A stretch of DNA of 64,000 bases from Clostridia bacterium (GCA_045637095.1 JAZTYX010000054.1:1373-65372), one strand, 5' to 3'. Shown: positions 1 to 10,093, counted from the first letter of the stretch. The notes: generated from the letters alone by a model not told the origin. A program made the numbers and translations.

Positions 1-8
1 TCAACACA

Positions 9-497
9 ATGGTAAACAAAACGAAATTTAGCCTAAGGAAGATAACATCAGATGGCAATTATCCTTCAAGTCATACAGGATTTGTAACAAGTGTAACAAC
101 TATTTCATGGATATATACAATACGGGAAATCTTAAACTCAGAAAATGCTAATATTAGCGTTTGGTGCTCTATGGCATTTACTGCTCTTGCAGTGGTAATC
201 ATAAGAGACGCACTGGGTGTAAGATATACTGTACAGAAACTCTGTGAAACTGTGACTAAACTTGCAGAAAACTCCGAACATGCAGAAGAGATAAAAAAAG
301 AGATGGATATTAAATCTGGACATAAACCTTATGAGGTTATGGGCGGAGCAATCTTAGGATTTATCGTAGCGGGCTTTACATCGTGTATTTACTACAAATT
401 GTACAAGCTTTTGCCTATTGCAATTGTGGCATTTGTGCTTTTCATTGTGGTATCTCTCATGTTGCTAAAGAAAAAAAGAAAAGAAAATGCAGCCTAA
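9..497 (+). CDS. Divergent PAP2 / DUF212 family membrane protein (5' end probably outside window)
   Basis: GNYPSSHT, RDALGVR and GHKPYEV motifs typical of DUF212; frame is open to the window edge. Confidence 0.8.
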   Translation: MVNKTKFSLRKITSDGNYPSSHTGFVTSVTTISWIYTIREILNSENANISVWCSMAFTALAVVIIRDALGVRYTVQKLCETVTKLAENSEHAEEIKKEMDIKSGHKPYEVMGGAILGFIVAGFTSCIYYKLYKLLPIAIVAFVLFIVVSLMLLKKKRKENAA

Positions 498-520
498 TTA
501 AAAATTAGGCTGTATTTTTT
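484..520 (+). terminator. Intrinsic terminator
   Basis: AAAATGCAGCCTAATT/AATTAGGCTGTATTTT hairpin followed by T-run. Confidence 0.75.
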
Positions 521-567
521 GCACTTTTTGTGATAGAATACACACATAATATATAACGGAGAAATAA

Positions 568-2196
568 ATGGAAAAAAGATATATTAGCGAGGGTAGATAT
601 AAAAAGAGTAGCGCAAGAAAACGCCGTGACATTAAGAAGATAAGAAAAAAAGTGGTTGCGGATGTAGAAAATAAAAAGAAACTAGAAAATAAAAAGGCTG
701 CTACTAAAAAGATTGTAAAAAAGAATAAGAAAAAAATAAGTCCTAAAGTGAGAAAAGAAATGCGCATTAGAAGACGCAATACTTTTACTTGTATTCTTTT
801 AATAATATTAATAGTGATAATATCTAGAGCAATATTAAAAGATGAAGGTGAACCGTTCATACCGAACTTTTGGGCGGAAGAAGAAAATGAATCAGTACTA
901 ACTTTAGGAATAATTACAACAGACGATTTAAGAGATGAGAATACAAATAATATAGTCTTAAAAGAATTAAAACATTATACATCATATATGTTACTTAAGA
1001 TAAATGAAGATTATACATTTACATATGATGTACTAGAAAATATAGAAAAAACAAATGAGAAAGAATATATATTAAAGATAAAAAAATCTAAAGAATACAC
1101 ACCAGAAAGTATAAAGAATATTATTCTATCATATATGGTAGATGAGAAATCTGTATATTATCCAAATGTAAGTAATATAGAACAAATAGTAGCGGGAGAA
1201 GGTGCGTTAACTATTACGCTAAAAGAACAAGATCCATACTTTGTATATAATCTTGAATTGCCGGTTGGTAATACATTAAATAAAGATTATGTTGTATCTG
1301 CTGAAGCAACAGCAATGGCTAAAATATACGAAAGAACAAAAGCTGCAGATAGAACATTACCAAAAAGAATAATAGTAAAAAGATATAAAGATATGTACGC
1401 CGGAGTAGAAGCATACAAAAAAGCGGAAATAAACATATTAATAACTAATCAAAAGAATGTACAAAATATATTAGGTAAATATGAATATAACGTTTCTACT
1501 GTAAAGACGGGAGAAAGCGTATTCTTATTATTTAATCAAAATTCAGAATTGATTTCTAGAGATGAAATACGTAAAGTTTTAGCTTATGGAATAAATAGAG
1601 ATAGTATAATAAAAGACACAATGCAGTCTTTAGCAGAAACAATAGATTTACCATATGTTTATGATAAATCAAAATATAAATACGATATTTATGCGGCAGA
1701 GAATCTACTTCTTTCAAATGGGTATACAAAGGTAAATAAAGTTTATACTAAAGATAAGAAAAAAGTAGAACTAACATTAATAGTAAATAAAGAAGATGAA
1801 GAAAAGGTAGCTATAGCTAATACAATAAAGAATAACCTTACAGCTTTGGGTGTAAATATAAATGTAGAGAAGCTAACAAAGGATGAATTAAATAAAAGAA
1901 TAACAAAAGGAACATACGATTTAGTTCTTGCAAATGTTAATCTAAACAATAATCCAAACATAAACTTCATAACATCTAAATTATACCTAACAGAAGGAAT
2001 AAAAACGGCATTAGAAGCAATTAATATATCTGACACGGTAAATTTACCACAAGAAATTAAAAATGCCTCAAACACGATGTCAGAAAGTATTAGCACTATT
2101 GGTATAGTAGCTAAAACAACATATGTGATCTCAAATAAAAACTTAACAGGTTTAACAGATATTAGTTACTTAAACATACTTAAGAATTTAATATAA
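568..2196 (+). CDS. ABC transporter substrate-binding protein family 5-like (peptide/nickel type), membrane-anchored
   Basis: Basic N-terminus and one TM helix; FLLFNQNS..EIRKVLAYGINRDSII and YDIYAAENLL..NGY resemble SBP_bac_5. Confidence 0.65.
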   Translation: MEKRYISEGRYKKSSARKRRDIKKIRKKVVADVENKKKLENKKAATKKIVKKNKKKISPKVRKEMRIRRRNTFTCILLIILIVIISRAILKDEGEPFIPNFWAEEENESVLTLGIITTDDLRDENTNNIVLKELKHYTSYMLLKINEDYTFTYDVLENIEKTNEKEYILKIKKSKEYTPESIKNIILSYMVDEKSVYYPNVSNIEQIVAGEGALTITLKEQDPYFVYNLELPVGNTLNKDYVVSAEATAMAKIYERTKAADRTLPKRIIVKRYKDMYAGVEAYKKAEINILITNQKNVQNILGKYEYNVSTVKTGESVFLLFNQNSELISRDEIRKVLAYGINRDSIIKDTMQSLAETIDLPYVYDKSKYKYDIYAAENLLLSNGYTKVNKVYTKDKKKVELTLIVNKEDEEKVAIANTIKNNLTALGVNINVEKLTKDELNKRITKGTYDLVLANVNLNNNPNINFITSKLYLTEGIKTALEAINISDTVNLPQEIKNASNTMSESISTIGIVAKTTYVISNKNLTGLTDISYLNILKNLI

Positions 2197-2204
2197 AATT
2201 AAAT

Positions 2205-2237
2205 AATAACACCATACTCAAAGTGTGGTGTTATTTT
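2205..2237 (+). terminator. Intrinsic terminator
   Basis: AATAACACCATACT/AGTGTGGTGTTATT hairpin plus T-run. Confidence 0.7.
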
Positions 2238-2329
2238 GTTGAAATTTATGTTAACTTGTGGTATAATAATTCTCGTAACAAAAAAATATAGTCCTAACTT
2301 AAAAGTGCGGATGTGAAAAAGGAGATAGT

Positions 2330-3109
2330 ATGAATTTTTACAAAAAAGTAATTCTAAAACACGTACCGGAGTTTCAAAAACTAACAGAAGATGAGCAGCG
2401 GATAAGTGTAAAGATGCATAAGCATAAATATATTGCTATGTGGATTTCTGCACTTTTTGCAACAACATCTTATCCAGGCATCATAACATTAGTTTTGAGT
2501 GCAGCAACACTTGTGATTCTAAACTTTGTAAATGCAACAGTTGGTAACATTTTGTTCTGGATAACTTTCCCGTACAATCTTTTTGTATGCGCTATGTATT
2601 TCTATTGGTTCCGTAGGGTAATAATCAAAAAGGATACAAACCAAGAGTATTACGAGAGACTTTTTGATTTCTTTACCAAAGCATGGTTATATAACTACAA
2701 AGTTGTAACCAAAAAAGATTGGAGAAAGCTTAAAGCTACAAACAAGACGCGGTATAACGCGTACAGAACAGAGGAGTCTAATCATCATTGCTATAGCGTA
2801 ACATATGAATTAGCAAGAATTATTGCTAGTACTGATGTTAAAATTGTTTGGATTTTTATGGAGTCTTGGTGCTCTAAATGTGGCCATGCAATTTTAATAA
2901 AAGGTGACTATGTATACGATAGCAATATGAGAAGAACTTACAAGAAAGATGAATACTTCAGATACTTTAAGGTCCAAATGTTTAACGAGTTTGATTACAA
3001 TGAGTGGTCAACGTATGCTGAACTTAAGCAAAGTGAAGCTTGGCAAGCTTTTGGTATTTGGTGTAGACAACTTGGTGGTAAACGTGATACAGATGATGAG
3101 CAGGAGTGA
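2330..3109 (+). CDS. Membrane-anchored hypothetical protein with putative Cys-His-Asp (transglutaminase/papain-like) domain
   Basis: AAGGAG RBS; N-terminal TM helices; HCYSVTYELA ... GHAIL ... YVYDSN; own TTGAAA-N17-TATAAT promoter and terminator. Confidence 0.55.
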   Translation: MNFYKKVILKHVPEFQKLTEDEQRISVKMHKHKYIAMWISALFATTSYPGIITLVLSAATLVILNFVNATVGNILFWITFPYNLFVCAMYFYWFRRVIIKKDTNQEYYERLFDFFTKAWLYNYKVVTKKDWRKLKATNKTRYNAYRTEESNHHCYSVTYELARIIASTDVKIVWIFMESWCSKCGHAILIKGDYVYDSNMRRTYKKDEYFRYFKVQMFNEFDYNEWSTYAELKQSEAWQAFGIWCRQLGGKRDTDDEQE

Positions 3110-3150
3110 AAAACCCTGCTCATTTTTTATACAATTTAATAATTTTATAC

Positions 3151-3179
3151 TTGACACCAATTAACAAGTGTGTTATTAT
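3151..3179 (+). promoter_or_regulatory. sigmaA promoter of tRNA-Arg
   Basis: TTGACA-N17-TATTAT with extended TG. Confidence 0.8.
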
Positions 3180-3196
3180 ATATGAGTACCGATTGT

Positions 3197-3273
<77 letters not shown>

Positions 3274-3277
3274 AGGT

Positions 3278-3316
3278 AAAAATAAACTGTAAGTTAAACT
3301 TACAGTTTATTTTTTT
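3278..3316. terminator. Bidirectional intrinsic terminator
   Basis: AAAAATAAACTGTAAG/CTTACAGTTTATTTTT between convergent tRNA and acyltransferase. Confidence 0.8.
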
Positions 3317-3352
3317 ATATTTATCTTGTTTTTAGAATTCTTTTATTATTTC

Positions 3353-4423
3353 TTAATTATTTGTGTTTTCCGTTTCTTTTCTCATAAATATATTCTTAAC
3401 AGTTTCTCCTACAAGTATAGGGAAGAAGAATTTTACAATCTTAGTAGCTAGAATAGAGAAAGCTATTGCTAGTATAGATACTAAGAAGGAAATTAAAACT
3501 TCTACAAATATATTACTGTTCTTCATAAGTGTAGATACTATGCCTAGTTTTGATTGAAATAATACAATTAACAACTTATGGAATATTAAAATACCCATTG
3601 TATTTTTTCCTATATACTCTAGCAATTTATTATTATCTATTTTATATGCTATATATACAGCTGTTAGAGATAATGTTATTCCACTTAAAAGTGAAAGTGG
3701 AAGACTTCCTAATGTTAGAACTCTATAACTAACAGTTATATTTGATAATGCACAGATGCATCCTACTATTGCTAAAATGAGTATATAATACCAATGCTTA
3801 AATATATATTCTTTCAAATTAAATTTATTAAATATGTAACCTATATAAAATACGGGACCTAGTATTAATACTTGGTTTATACACATTGGCAGTGTGATGT
3901 TTAAGTAGTTATAACAAAGAAATGAAACTATGAGCGTTATACCAAGAAGTATAATTGAATGAGATTTTTTCTTGCTTGTTAATTTTATTAATAAGTAATA
4001 TATACAAACCATACTAAATAACGCAGGTAAAAACCATAACGGTCTGTTTTGTTGAAGTCCATCTCCAGAAGCGTATATAATGTTAAATACTGTTTCTTTT
4101 AGATTAAAAGTAGTTGCTTTATCTAAGGTTGAACCAACAAATTTTCCAAGTAATGCATATGGTATTAAAAAAGCTAGTGCCCAGAAATAATAGGGTATCA
4201 TTATTCTTTTGAATTTGTTTGTAATAAAGTCTTTAATCTTTTTATTTGTACTAAATGTATATCCAGATAAAAAGAAAAATAGATAAACATGAAAGCTATA
4301 TACAAACTTGAATACATTGCTACAATGCTCAGAATATGCAACCGAGTGACCTAATACTATAAATATTATAGCGAAAGCTTTAGCTATGTCTATAAAGGAT
4401 AGTCTAGTATTTTCTTTATTCAT
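3353..4423 (-). CDS. Acyltransferase-3 family (OafA/YrhL-like) membrane protein
   Basis: RLSFIDIAKAFAIIFIVLGH, FHVYLFFFLSGY, LWFLPALF, YIGKNTMGILIFH. Confidence 0.9.
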   Translation of the reverse strand: MNKENTRLSFIDIAKAFAIIFIVLGHSVAYSEHCSNVFKFVYSFHVYLFFFLSGYTFSTNKKIKDFITNKFKRIMIPYYFWALAFLIPYALLGKFVGSTLDKATTFNLKETVFNIIYASGDGLQQNRPLWFLPALFSMVCIYYLLIKLTSKKKSHSIILLGITLIVSFLCYNYLNITLPMCINQVLILGPVFYIGYIFNKFNLKEYIFKHWYYILILAIVGCICALSNITVSYRVLTLGSLPLSLLSGITLSLTAVYIAYKIDNNKLLEYIGKNTMGILIFHKLLIVLFQSKLGIVSTLMKNSNIFVEVLISFLVSILAIAFSILATKIVKFFFPILVGETVKNIFMRKETENTNN

Positions 4424-4552
4424 TTTTCCTCCTTGTTTTAAGTTTTAACTGATAATGAATATATTTTACTACAAGCTATTATTACGGTCAATAATATACA
4501 TTAGTTTGCAATAGACAAAATAAAACCTACTGTTTTGCAGTAGGTTAATTTG

Positions 4553-5476
4553 TTATTTAAGTAATTCTCTAGCAGTACCAAGAGCGCTAAATGCTGAGCT
4601 TGTATCAAATGGAATAAATACTTTGTTTGCAGGTCCTTCTGCGATTTTTTCCATTGATTCTAAAGACTTAATAGCAACAAGTTCTTTAGTTGGTTTTGCA
4701 GTATTGATTGCACCATAAACTAATTCTATTTCTTGTGCTTTAGCTTCAGCTATTTTCTTTATTGCTGCTGAAGTACCTTCGGCTTCTAACATTCTAGCTT
4801 CTCTTAAACCTTGAGCACGTCTAATGCTAGATTCTTTTTCAGCTTCAGCTTCTAATATTTGTGCTTCTTTTTGTCCTTCGGCGTGAGTTATAGCTGCTTG
4901 ACGGCTACCTTCAGCTTCAAGAATTAAAGCTCTTTTATTTCTTTCAGCATTCATTTGTTTTTCCATGGCATCACGAACATCCTTTGGAGGAGTGATGTCT
5001 TTAATTTCAACTCTATCTACTTTACAACCCCATCTATCTGTTGCTTCATCAAGCACTTGACGAAGTTGAGCGTTTATTAAATCTCTTGAACTGAATGTAC
5101 TATCTAGATCCATTTTACCAACAATATCTCTTATTGTTGTAATTGCTAAGTATTGAATACCTTTTCCAAGGTTTTCAATTTCATAAACAGATTTTACTGG
5201 ATCCATTATTTGAAAGAACACAACTGTATCTATTGTAATAGTTACGTTATCTTTTGTGATAACTTGTTGTGGTGGAACATCCATTGTTTGTTGTTTCATA
5301 TTTACGATAGCTCTTACTCTATCTACAAAAGGGAAGATGAAGTTAAGACCAGCTGATGCAACCTTGTGGAATTTACCAACTCTCTCTATAACATATACTT
5401 CCGCTTGTCTTACTACTTTAATAGAAAATGCTACTATTACCATAAGTAGTAAAAAGGCTCCTAAAACATACCACAT
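4553..5476 (-). CDS. SPFH/band 7 (QmcA/paraslipin-like) protein
   Basis: VIERVGKF, QVITKDNV, WGCKVDRVEIKDI, MEKQMNAER motifs. Confidence 0.92.
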   Translation of the reverse strand: MWYVLGAFLLLMVIVAFSIKVVRQAEVYVIERVGKFHKVASAGLNFIFPFVDRVRAIVNMKQQTMDVPPQQVITKDNVTITIDTVVFFQIMDPVKSVYEIENLGKGIQYLAITTIRDIVGKMDLDSTFSSRDLINAQLRQVLDEATDRWGCKVDRVEIKDITPPKDVRDAMEKQMNAERNKRALILEAEGSRQAAITHAEGQKEAQILEAEAEKESSIRRAQGLREARMLEAEGTSAAIKKIAEAKAQEIELVYGAINTAKPTKELVAIKSLESMEKIAEGPANKVFIPFDTSSAFSALGTARELLK

Positions 5477-5490
5477 AAAAATACCCTCCT

Positions 5491-5925
5491 TTATTCAGTA
5501 TATTCTTTAATTACTAGTTTTACGCCGTCGATTGAATCTACTATAACAGTTTCATCAACTTTGAAAGTTTTCTTATCTCTAGATATTGCTGACCAAATTT
5601 CACCTTGGACTTTAATTTGTCCCATGTTATCTGGACCAACTATTTCTTTTAATACAATACCAGTTTTTCCTATTAAACTGTCTGAGTTTGTAGGCAGGTC
5701 TTTTGTCTTAAATAGTTTTGCAAATACTGGTCTTAAAAATATGACAAGTAATGTTGTAGAAACTATAAACACTCCTATTTGTACTGCAATAGAATCACAG
5801 AACAAACTAACAAGGAATGTTAAGAAAGCTCCAACACCAGGGAAAAAGAATAAGAATCCCACTGTTAGTATTTCAATTACAAGGCACAAAGCACATAATA
5901 ATAGCCAAATGGCAGTAGGTGACAT
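5491..5925 (-). CDS. NfeD family protein
   Basis: TM N-terminus, LIGKTG...GQIKVQGEIWSA OB-fold; adjacent to SPFH gene. Confidence 0.9.
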   Translation of the reverse strand: MSPTAIWLLLCALCLVIEILTVGFLFFFPGVGAFLTFLVSLFCDSIAVQIGVFIVSTTLLVIFLRPVFAKLFKTKDLPTNSDSLIGKTGIVLKEIVGPDNMGQIKVQGEIWSAISRDKKTFKVDETVIVDSIDGVKLVIKEYTE

Positions 5926-6011
5926 ATATAATCCCTCCTTTATTATGTATTACCCTATATGTCCATATTATATATTATTAATATAAAAAAATAAATAGTT
6001 TTTTTAAGATA

Positions 6012-6040
6012 TTGTATATTTATAAAATTAAATGTATAAT
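6012..6040 (+). promoter_or_regulatory. sigmaA promoter, probably giving a leaderless mRNA
   Basis: TTGTAT-N17-TATAAT then 6 nt to ATG at 6047; no SD. Confidence 0.55.
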
Positions 6041-6046
6041 TTGGTT

Positions 6047-7618
6047 ATGAAAACAAGGGTAATTGAAAAAATAAATAATAGTTATATATATGTAGTAATA
6101 TTAGCAGTATATGTCATTGTAACGCTTGGTATATCTATGCTAATTACAAAACCAAATAACAAAGAGACAAACATAATCGTTAATGGCGAGACCTTGAACT
6201 TAAAAAACGGTGTTGTAAATATAAAAGGGACAAGATATATTACTAGAAAAGACATAGAAGAAAATTTTTTCGAACATGTTTTTTACGATAAAATTTCTAG
6301 AACTTTAATAATTACTACATGGGATGAAAAAATAAAAATAAAAAAAGGTGACACAGGTACTATAGAATACGAAGCAGAAACTGCATATAGCATAAAGAAT
6401 TTGGCAGAAAAGTTAGGCTATGAGTATATTGAAGATGCTAAAACAAACGATGTATACATATATAACTACACAGAACAAGATGTTAAAATAAAGAAAAATA
6501 GAGTAGAAGTGTATAGTTTGGAGAATAAATGTGTTGTTGGTGTTGTGGAAAAGAAAGACAAAATAACACTACTTGAAACAGAAGCTGTGTATAAAGAGAG
6601 CAAAGACAAACTACTTACAGTAAAAATAACAGATAAAGATGGCAAATCGTATATAGCAAGAATAAGTAAAGATAAGGTGGAGTATATCCCAAAAGTTAAA
6701 GATCTTATAAAAACAGATAAAGATATGATTGTAATTACACATGTAGAAAACAAGGTGGCAAGTACAACAGATTTGACTAAAGTAGACGCGTTAGCTATAG
6801 AGATGTTACAACTTAATTCATCAAATAAGCTAACAACTAAAAAATACACTTTACCAGATGCTAAAGATGTAGATGTATATGCTGTAATAGATAATGGATA
6901 TAAGTCTACAGGTTTTGATACAAATATAATTACTGACCTAGTTCATAGCGATAAAAATAAGGAAATAGTTGCAGAACAGGTAATAGATTTTGTAATGGAA
7001 AATGAACTTGCTGGAATTGTAATAGACTTTAAGAAATTTAAGAAGTCAGATAAGGATTTGTTAGAGCAATATATAAAAGAATTAGCTGTATTAATGCATG
7101 CTAATAACAAGAAAATACTAGTAAAAATGCAAGCTATTGATTCGTACAATATTATAGATATAGAATATTTTGTAGATCAGATAATATTGCAAGCCTATGG
7201 AACAAGAACGGTAGCTTCTAAAACAGCAGGTTCTCATTCATCTATTATTTATATAATGGAAATGATGGATGAAATAGAGAAAAATGTGTTAGATAGAAAA
7301 AAGATAATATTAGAAATTCCAACATATTCAATTTTATGGACAGAAAGAGGCGGAACAATAATAAATGCAGAAGAATATTCTATGCAAGCAGTAAATGAAT
7401 ATTTGAAAGAAAATAATATTACACCAGAATTTAATAAGGCTTCGGGACAGAACTATGTTAGCTATACTAAAGGAATAATTACATATAAAATGTGGTTAGA
7501 AGATGAATTTAGCATAGGCAAGAAAATGGGAATGGCATATTACCAAGAATTTGCGGGAATATGCATATACAAAAGCGGAGAAGAATTAAAAAGCATCTAT
7601 AGTATAACTATAGAATAG
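6047..7618 (+). CDS. Membrane-anchored GH18-like (spore/cell-wall glycosyl hydrolase-like) protein with degenerate catalytic motif
   Basis: TM, copper-amine-oxidase-N/SH3-like regions and GH18 barrel (KIILEIPTY, YKMWLED); DxxDxDxE motif reads LAGIVIDFKK. Confidence 0.7.
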   Translation: MKTRVIEKINNSYIYVVILAVYVIVTLGISMLITKPNNKETNIIVNGETLNLKNGVVNIKGTRYITRKDIEENFFEHVFYDKISRTLIITTWDEKIKIKKGDTGTIEYEAETAYSIKNLAEKLGYEYIEDAKTNDVYIYNYTEQDVKIKKNRVEVYSLENKCVVGVVEKKDKITLLETEAVYKESKDKLLTVKITDKDGKSYIARISKDKVEYIPKVKDLIKTDKDMIVITHVENKVASTTDLTKVDALAIEMLQLNSSNKLTTKKYTLPDAKDVDVYAVIDNGYKSTGFDTNIITDLVHSDKNKEIVAEQVIDFVMENELAGIVIDFKKFKKSDKDLLEQYIKELAVLMHANNKKILVKMQAIDSYNIIDIEYFVDQIILQAYGTRTVASKTAGSHSSIIYIMEMMDEIEKNVLDRKKIILEIPTYSILWTERGGTIINAEEYSMQAVNEYLKENNITPEFNKASGQNYVSYTKGIITYKMWLEDEFSIGKKMGMAYYQEFAGICIYKSGEELKSIYSITIE

Positions 7619-7628
7619 AGGAGGATAT

Positions 7629-8081
7629 ATGAAAAAAAGAGGTGTTACTCTAATTACTTTAAGTATAATTGTAGCGGTAATGGCTATTCTTACAGCAGTA
7701 ACAATAACTATAGGAACAGACATACATACAGGTGCGCAAAAAGCTAGATTTCAAGCTGAAATAGCTCAAATTGAAATACTTACAAGTAATTATATAAGAA
7801 GAAATTCTGGAAATGATTTTACACCATATACATGGAATGTTACATCGCTTTCAGGTTATGATGAATCTCAATTTGAAGGTGAAATAATAACAGGTGGCAA
7901 CATTAATGTATATGTAGTAGACTTAACAAAGATAGATGCAGAAGAAGTAAACGATGGCCTTTTAGAAAATGGTGCAAATGATAGATATTTGTATTCTGAA
8001 CAGACAGGTCATGTGTATTATGAAAAAGGCAAAACTTTTGGTAGTAAAGTATACTACAGAGTTTCAGAATTAGAGGAGTAG
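7629..8081 (+). CDS. Type IV pilin-like protein
   Basis: MKKRG|VTLITLSIIVAVMAILT class III signal peptide (no E5). Confidence 0.8.
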   Translation: MKKRGVTLITLSIIVAVMAILTAVTITIGTDIHTGAQKARFQAEIAQIEILTSNYIRRNSGNDFTPYTWNVTSLSGYDESQFEGEIITGGNINVYVVDLTKIDAEEVNDGLLENGANDRYLYSEQTGHVYYEKGKTFGSKVYYRVSELEE

Positions 8082-9656
8082 ATGAAGATGAGATTAAAAA
8101 AAGGAATAACAATGGCTATGCTTGTTGTTATAGTTGCAGTGCTAGGAATATTAGCAACTGTAACAGTAACATCCATATCTAATAGTTATACAAACTCTAA
8201 ATTAGCTATTTGGACATCCGAAATTAGTATTGTACAAGATCTGATGAAAGAGAAAAGAGATAACCTATCAAATATTTTAATGGATGAAATAACATTTGAT
8301 GTTTCGGGTATATCTCAAACAACTTTAGCAGAACAATTTTCTGGAGAAACAATAATATCAAATAAACTTACATTAAAAGAAATAAATCTTGCGGCTATTG
8401 GAGTAGACAATGCGTTATATGGAGTTCACAAAGATACATTAGATATATATGCGTATTCTGAACTAACAGGTAGGGTGTATTATCTAAATGGCTTTGATGC
8501 AAGAATAAAAGAATATTACACTTTAACGCAAGAATTAAAAAATAAATATGGAGATAACTTAACAGTATCTAATTTATCTCTAATTTCTTTTGAACAAAGT
8601 GAAATAGAACCAACAATGAATGCGGTTAAAGTTACTGTTAAAGTACCTAAAACATATACAACAGTAAGCATAACAACAACAAATTCAAGTATAACAGTTG
8701 GTTCAAGAGTAACAGAAACAGATAAATATACATATCCAGTAAATACTAATGGAATAAAAGGCAATTATACAATAACGGTAACTTATACAGAGGGTGGAAC
8801 AACAAAGACAGTTACACATAAAGTAACAAATGCAATATCTACTTTGGGAGCTTTAATTACTAGCGCGCAGGATTACGGTAAAACAGTAGATTATGTATCA
8901 GACAATGGCGTTAAAAAATGGAATGTGTTGTATGAGGATACTACCAATGGGTATATTTATCTAATAGCTACTGAAAAGTTGGCATATAATAAAATGCCAA
9001 CAATACCAGGTGCGACAATAACATCATCTGCAGTAACTCTTGAAAATGGCACATCTAAAAATGTTGGGCAAATAAATTGGGTAAGCGTACCAACAGGAAC
9101 AACAGTTGCTAGTGATGCAAAAACAAAATGGAAAGCTGAATGGTCATCGTATACATCTGGAACAAACGCAAAATGTATATCATATTTTCTAGATGAAACA
9201 TATTGGACAGGACTAAAAAATACAACAGCAGCATACAAAGATTATGTATTAGGTGCAATAGGTACACCAACAGCAGAACTATTTGTACTAAGTTGGAATG
9301 CTAAAAGAGCTGCAACAAACAATACAACTATATACAACAAACAAATATCTTTAACGGTAAGAAGTACGACTACAGGCTACTACGTAAAAGATGCATCAGT
9401 GTCTACCAATACATATCTTCAAGCATTAACTACAGGAGATAAATTGTATGTGTGGAATAATTCAGAATTATCTACAACATGGTTAGCTTCACCAGGAGCT
9501 GTTACAGCAAATTATATATTAATAATAGGTAGTACAGGAAATTTAAGTTATGATACATATAGTGCATCTAACCGCGGAATAAGACCGGTAGTGTGTCTAA
9601 AGTCAGATACACCGGCAGTTTTAGGGACAACAACAGATTATAGTTTAATAAAATAA
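8082..9656 (+). CDS. Large type IV pilin-like protein with Ig-like region and C-terminal DUF6273/lectin-like domain
   Basis: KKG|ITMAMLVVIVAVLGILA; C-terminal WLASP...GIRPVVCL; abuts upstream pilin (TAGATG). Confidence 0.75.
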   Translation: MKMRLKKGITMAMLVVIVAVLGILATVTVTSISNSYTNSKLAIWTSEISIVQDLMKEKRDNLSNILMDEITFDVSGISQTTLAEQFSGETIISNKLTLKEINLAAIGVDNALYGVHKDTLDIYAYSELTGRVYYLNGFDARIKEYYTLTQELKNKYGDNLTVSNLSLISFEQSEIEPTMNAVKVTVKVPKTYTTVSITTTNSSITVGSRVTETDKYTYPVNTNGIKGNYTITVTYTEGGTTKTVTHKVTNAISTLGALITSAQDYGKTVDYVSDNGVKKWNVLYEDTTNGYIYLIATEKLAYNKMPTIPGATITSSAVTLENGTSKNVGQINWVSVPTGTTVASDAKTKWKAEWSSYTSGTNAKCISYFLDETYWTGLKNTTAAYKDYVLGAIGTPTAELFVLSWNAKRAATNNTTIYNKQISLTVRSTTTGYYVKDASVSTNTYLQALTTGDKLYVWNNSELSTTWLASPGAVTANYILIIGSTGNLSYDTYSASNRGIRPVVCLKSDTPAVLGTTTDYSLIK

Positions 9657-9688
9657 CAACCACTTGACAAGTGTGTTATAATAATAAT

Positions 9689-9755
9689 GTACCTTAATCT
9701 AGGATATAACTTCCTCAGATTATTTCTTGGACTAAGGCGAATTTAATTAAGGAGG
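9689..9755 (+). promoter_or_regulatory. Putative S15 (rpsO) autoregulatory leader
   Basis: CCTTAATCTAGGA (9692-9704) pairs with TCTTGGACTAAGG (9725-9737) just upstream of AAGGAGG RBS. Confidence 0.55.
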
Positions 9756-9763
9756 AAAAAGTC

Positions 9764-10024
9764 ATGACTAAGGAAAGAAAGCAAGAAATACTTTCTACTT
9801 ATGCAAAACATGAAGGTGACACTGGTTCTACAGAAGTTCAAGTAGCTCTTTTAACAGAAAGAATTAACGAACTTACAGAACACTTAAGAACTCACAAAAA
9901 AGACGAACACTCTAGACGTGGTCTTTTAATCATGGTTGGTAAGAGAAAAAGATTATTAACATATCTTGAAAACAATGATATTGAAGCTTGCAGAGAATTA
10001 AAAGCTAAATTATCTATAAGATAA
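9764..10024 (+). CDS. rpsO: 30S ribosomal protein S15
   Basis: [25 protein letters not shown]. Confidence 0.98.
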   Translation: MTKERKQEILSTYAKHEGDTGSTEVQVALLTERINELTEHLRTHKKDEHSRRGLLIMVGKRKRLLTYLENNDIEACRELKAKLSIR

Positions 10025-10032
10025 GTTATTAA

Positions 10033-10066
10033 AACAGCAGTTGAAATTCAACTGCTGTTCTTTTTT
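10033..10066. terminator. Intrinsic terminator (likely bidirectional)
   Basis: AACAGCAGTTGA/TCAACTGCTGTT plus T-run. Confidence 0.8.
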
Positions 10067-10093
10067 ATACTTACTTTATATTTCTTTTATTTA

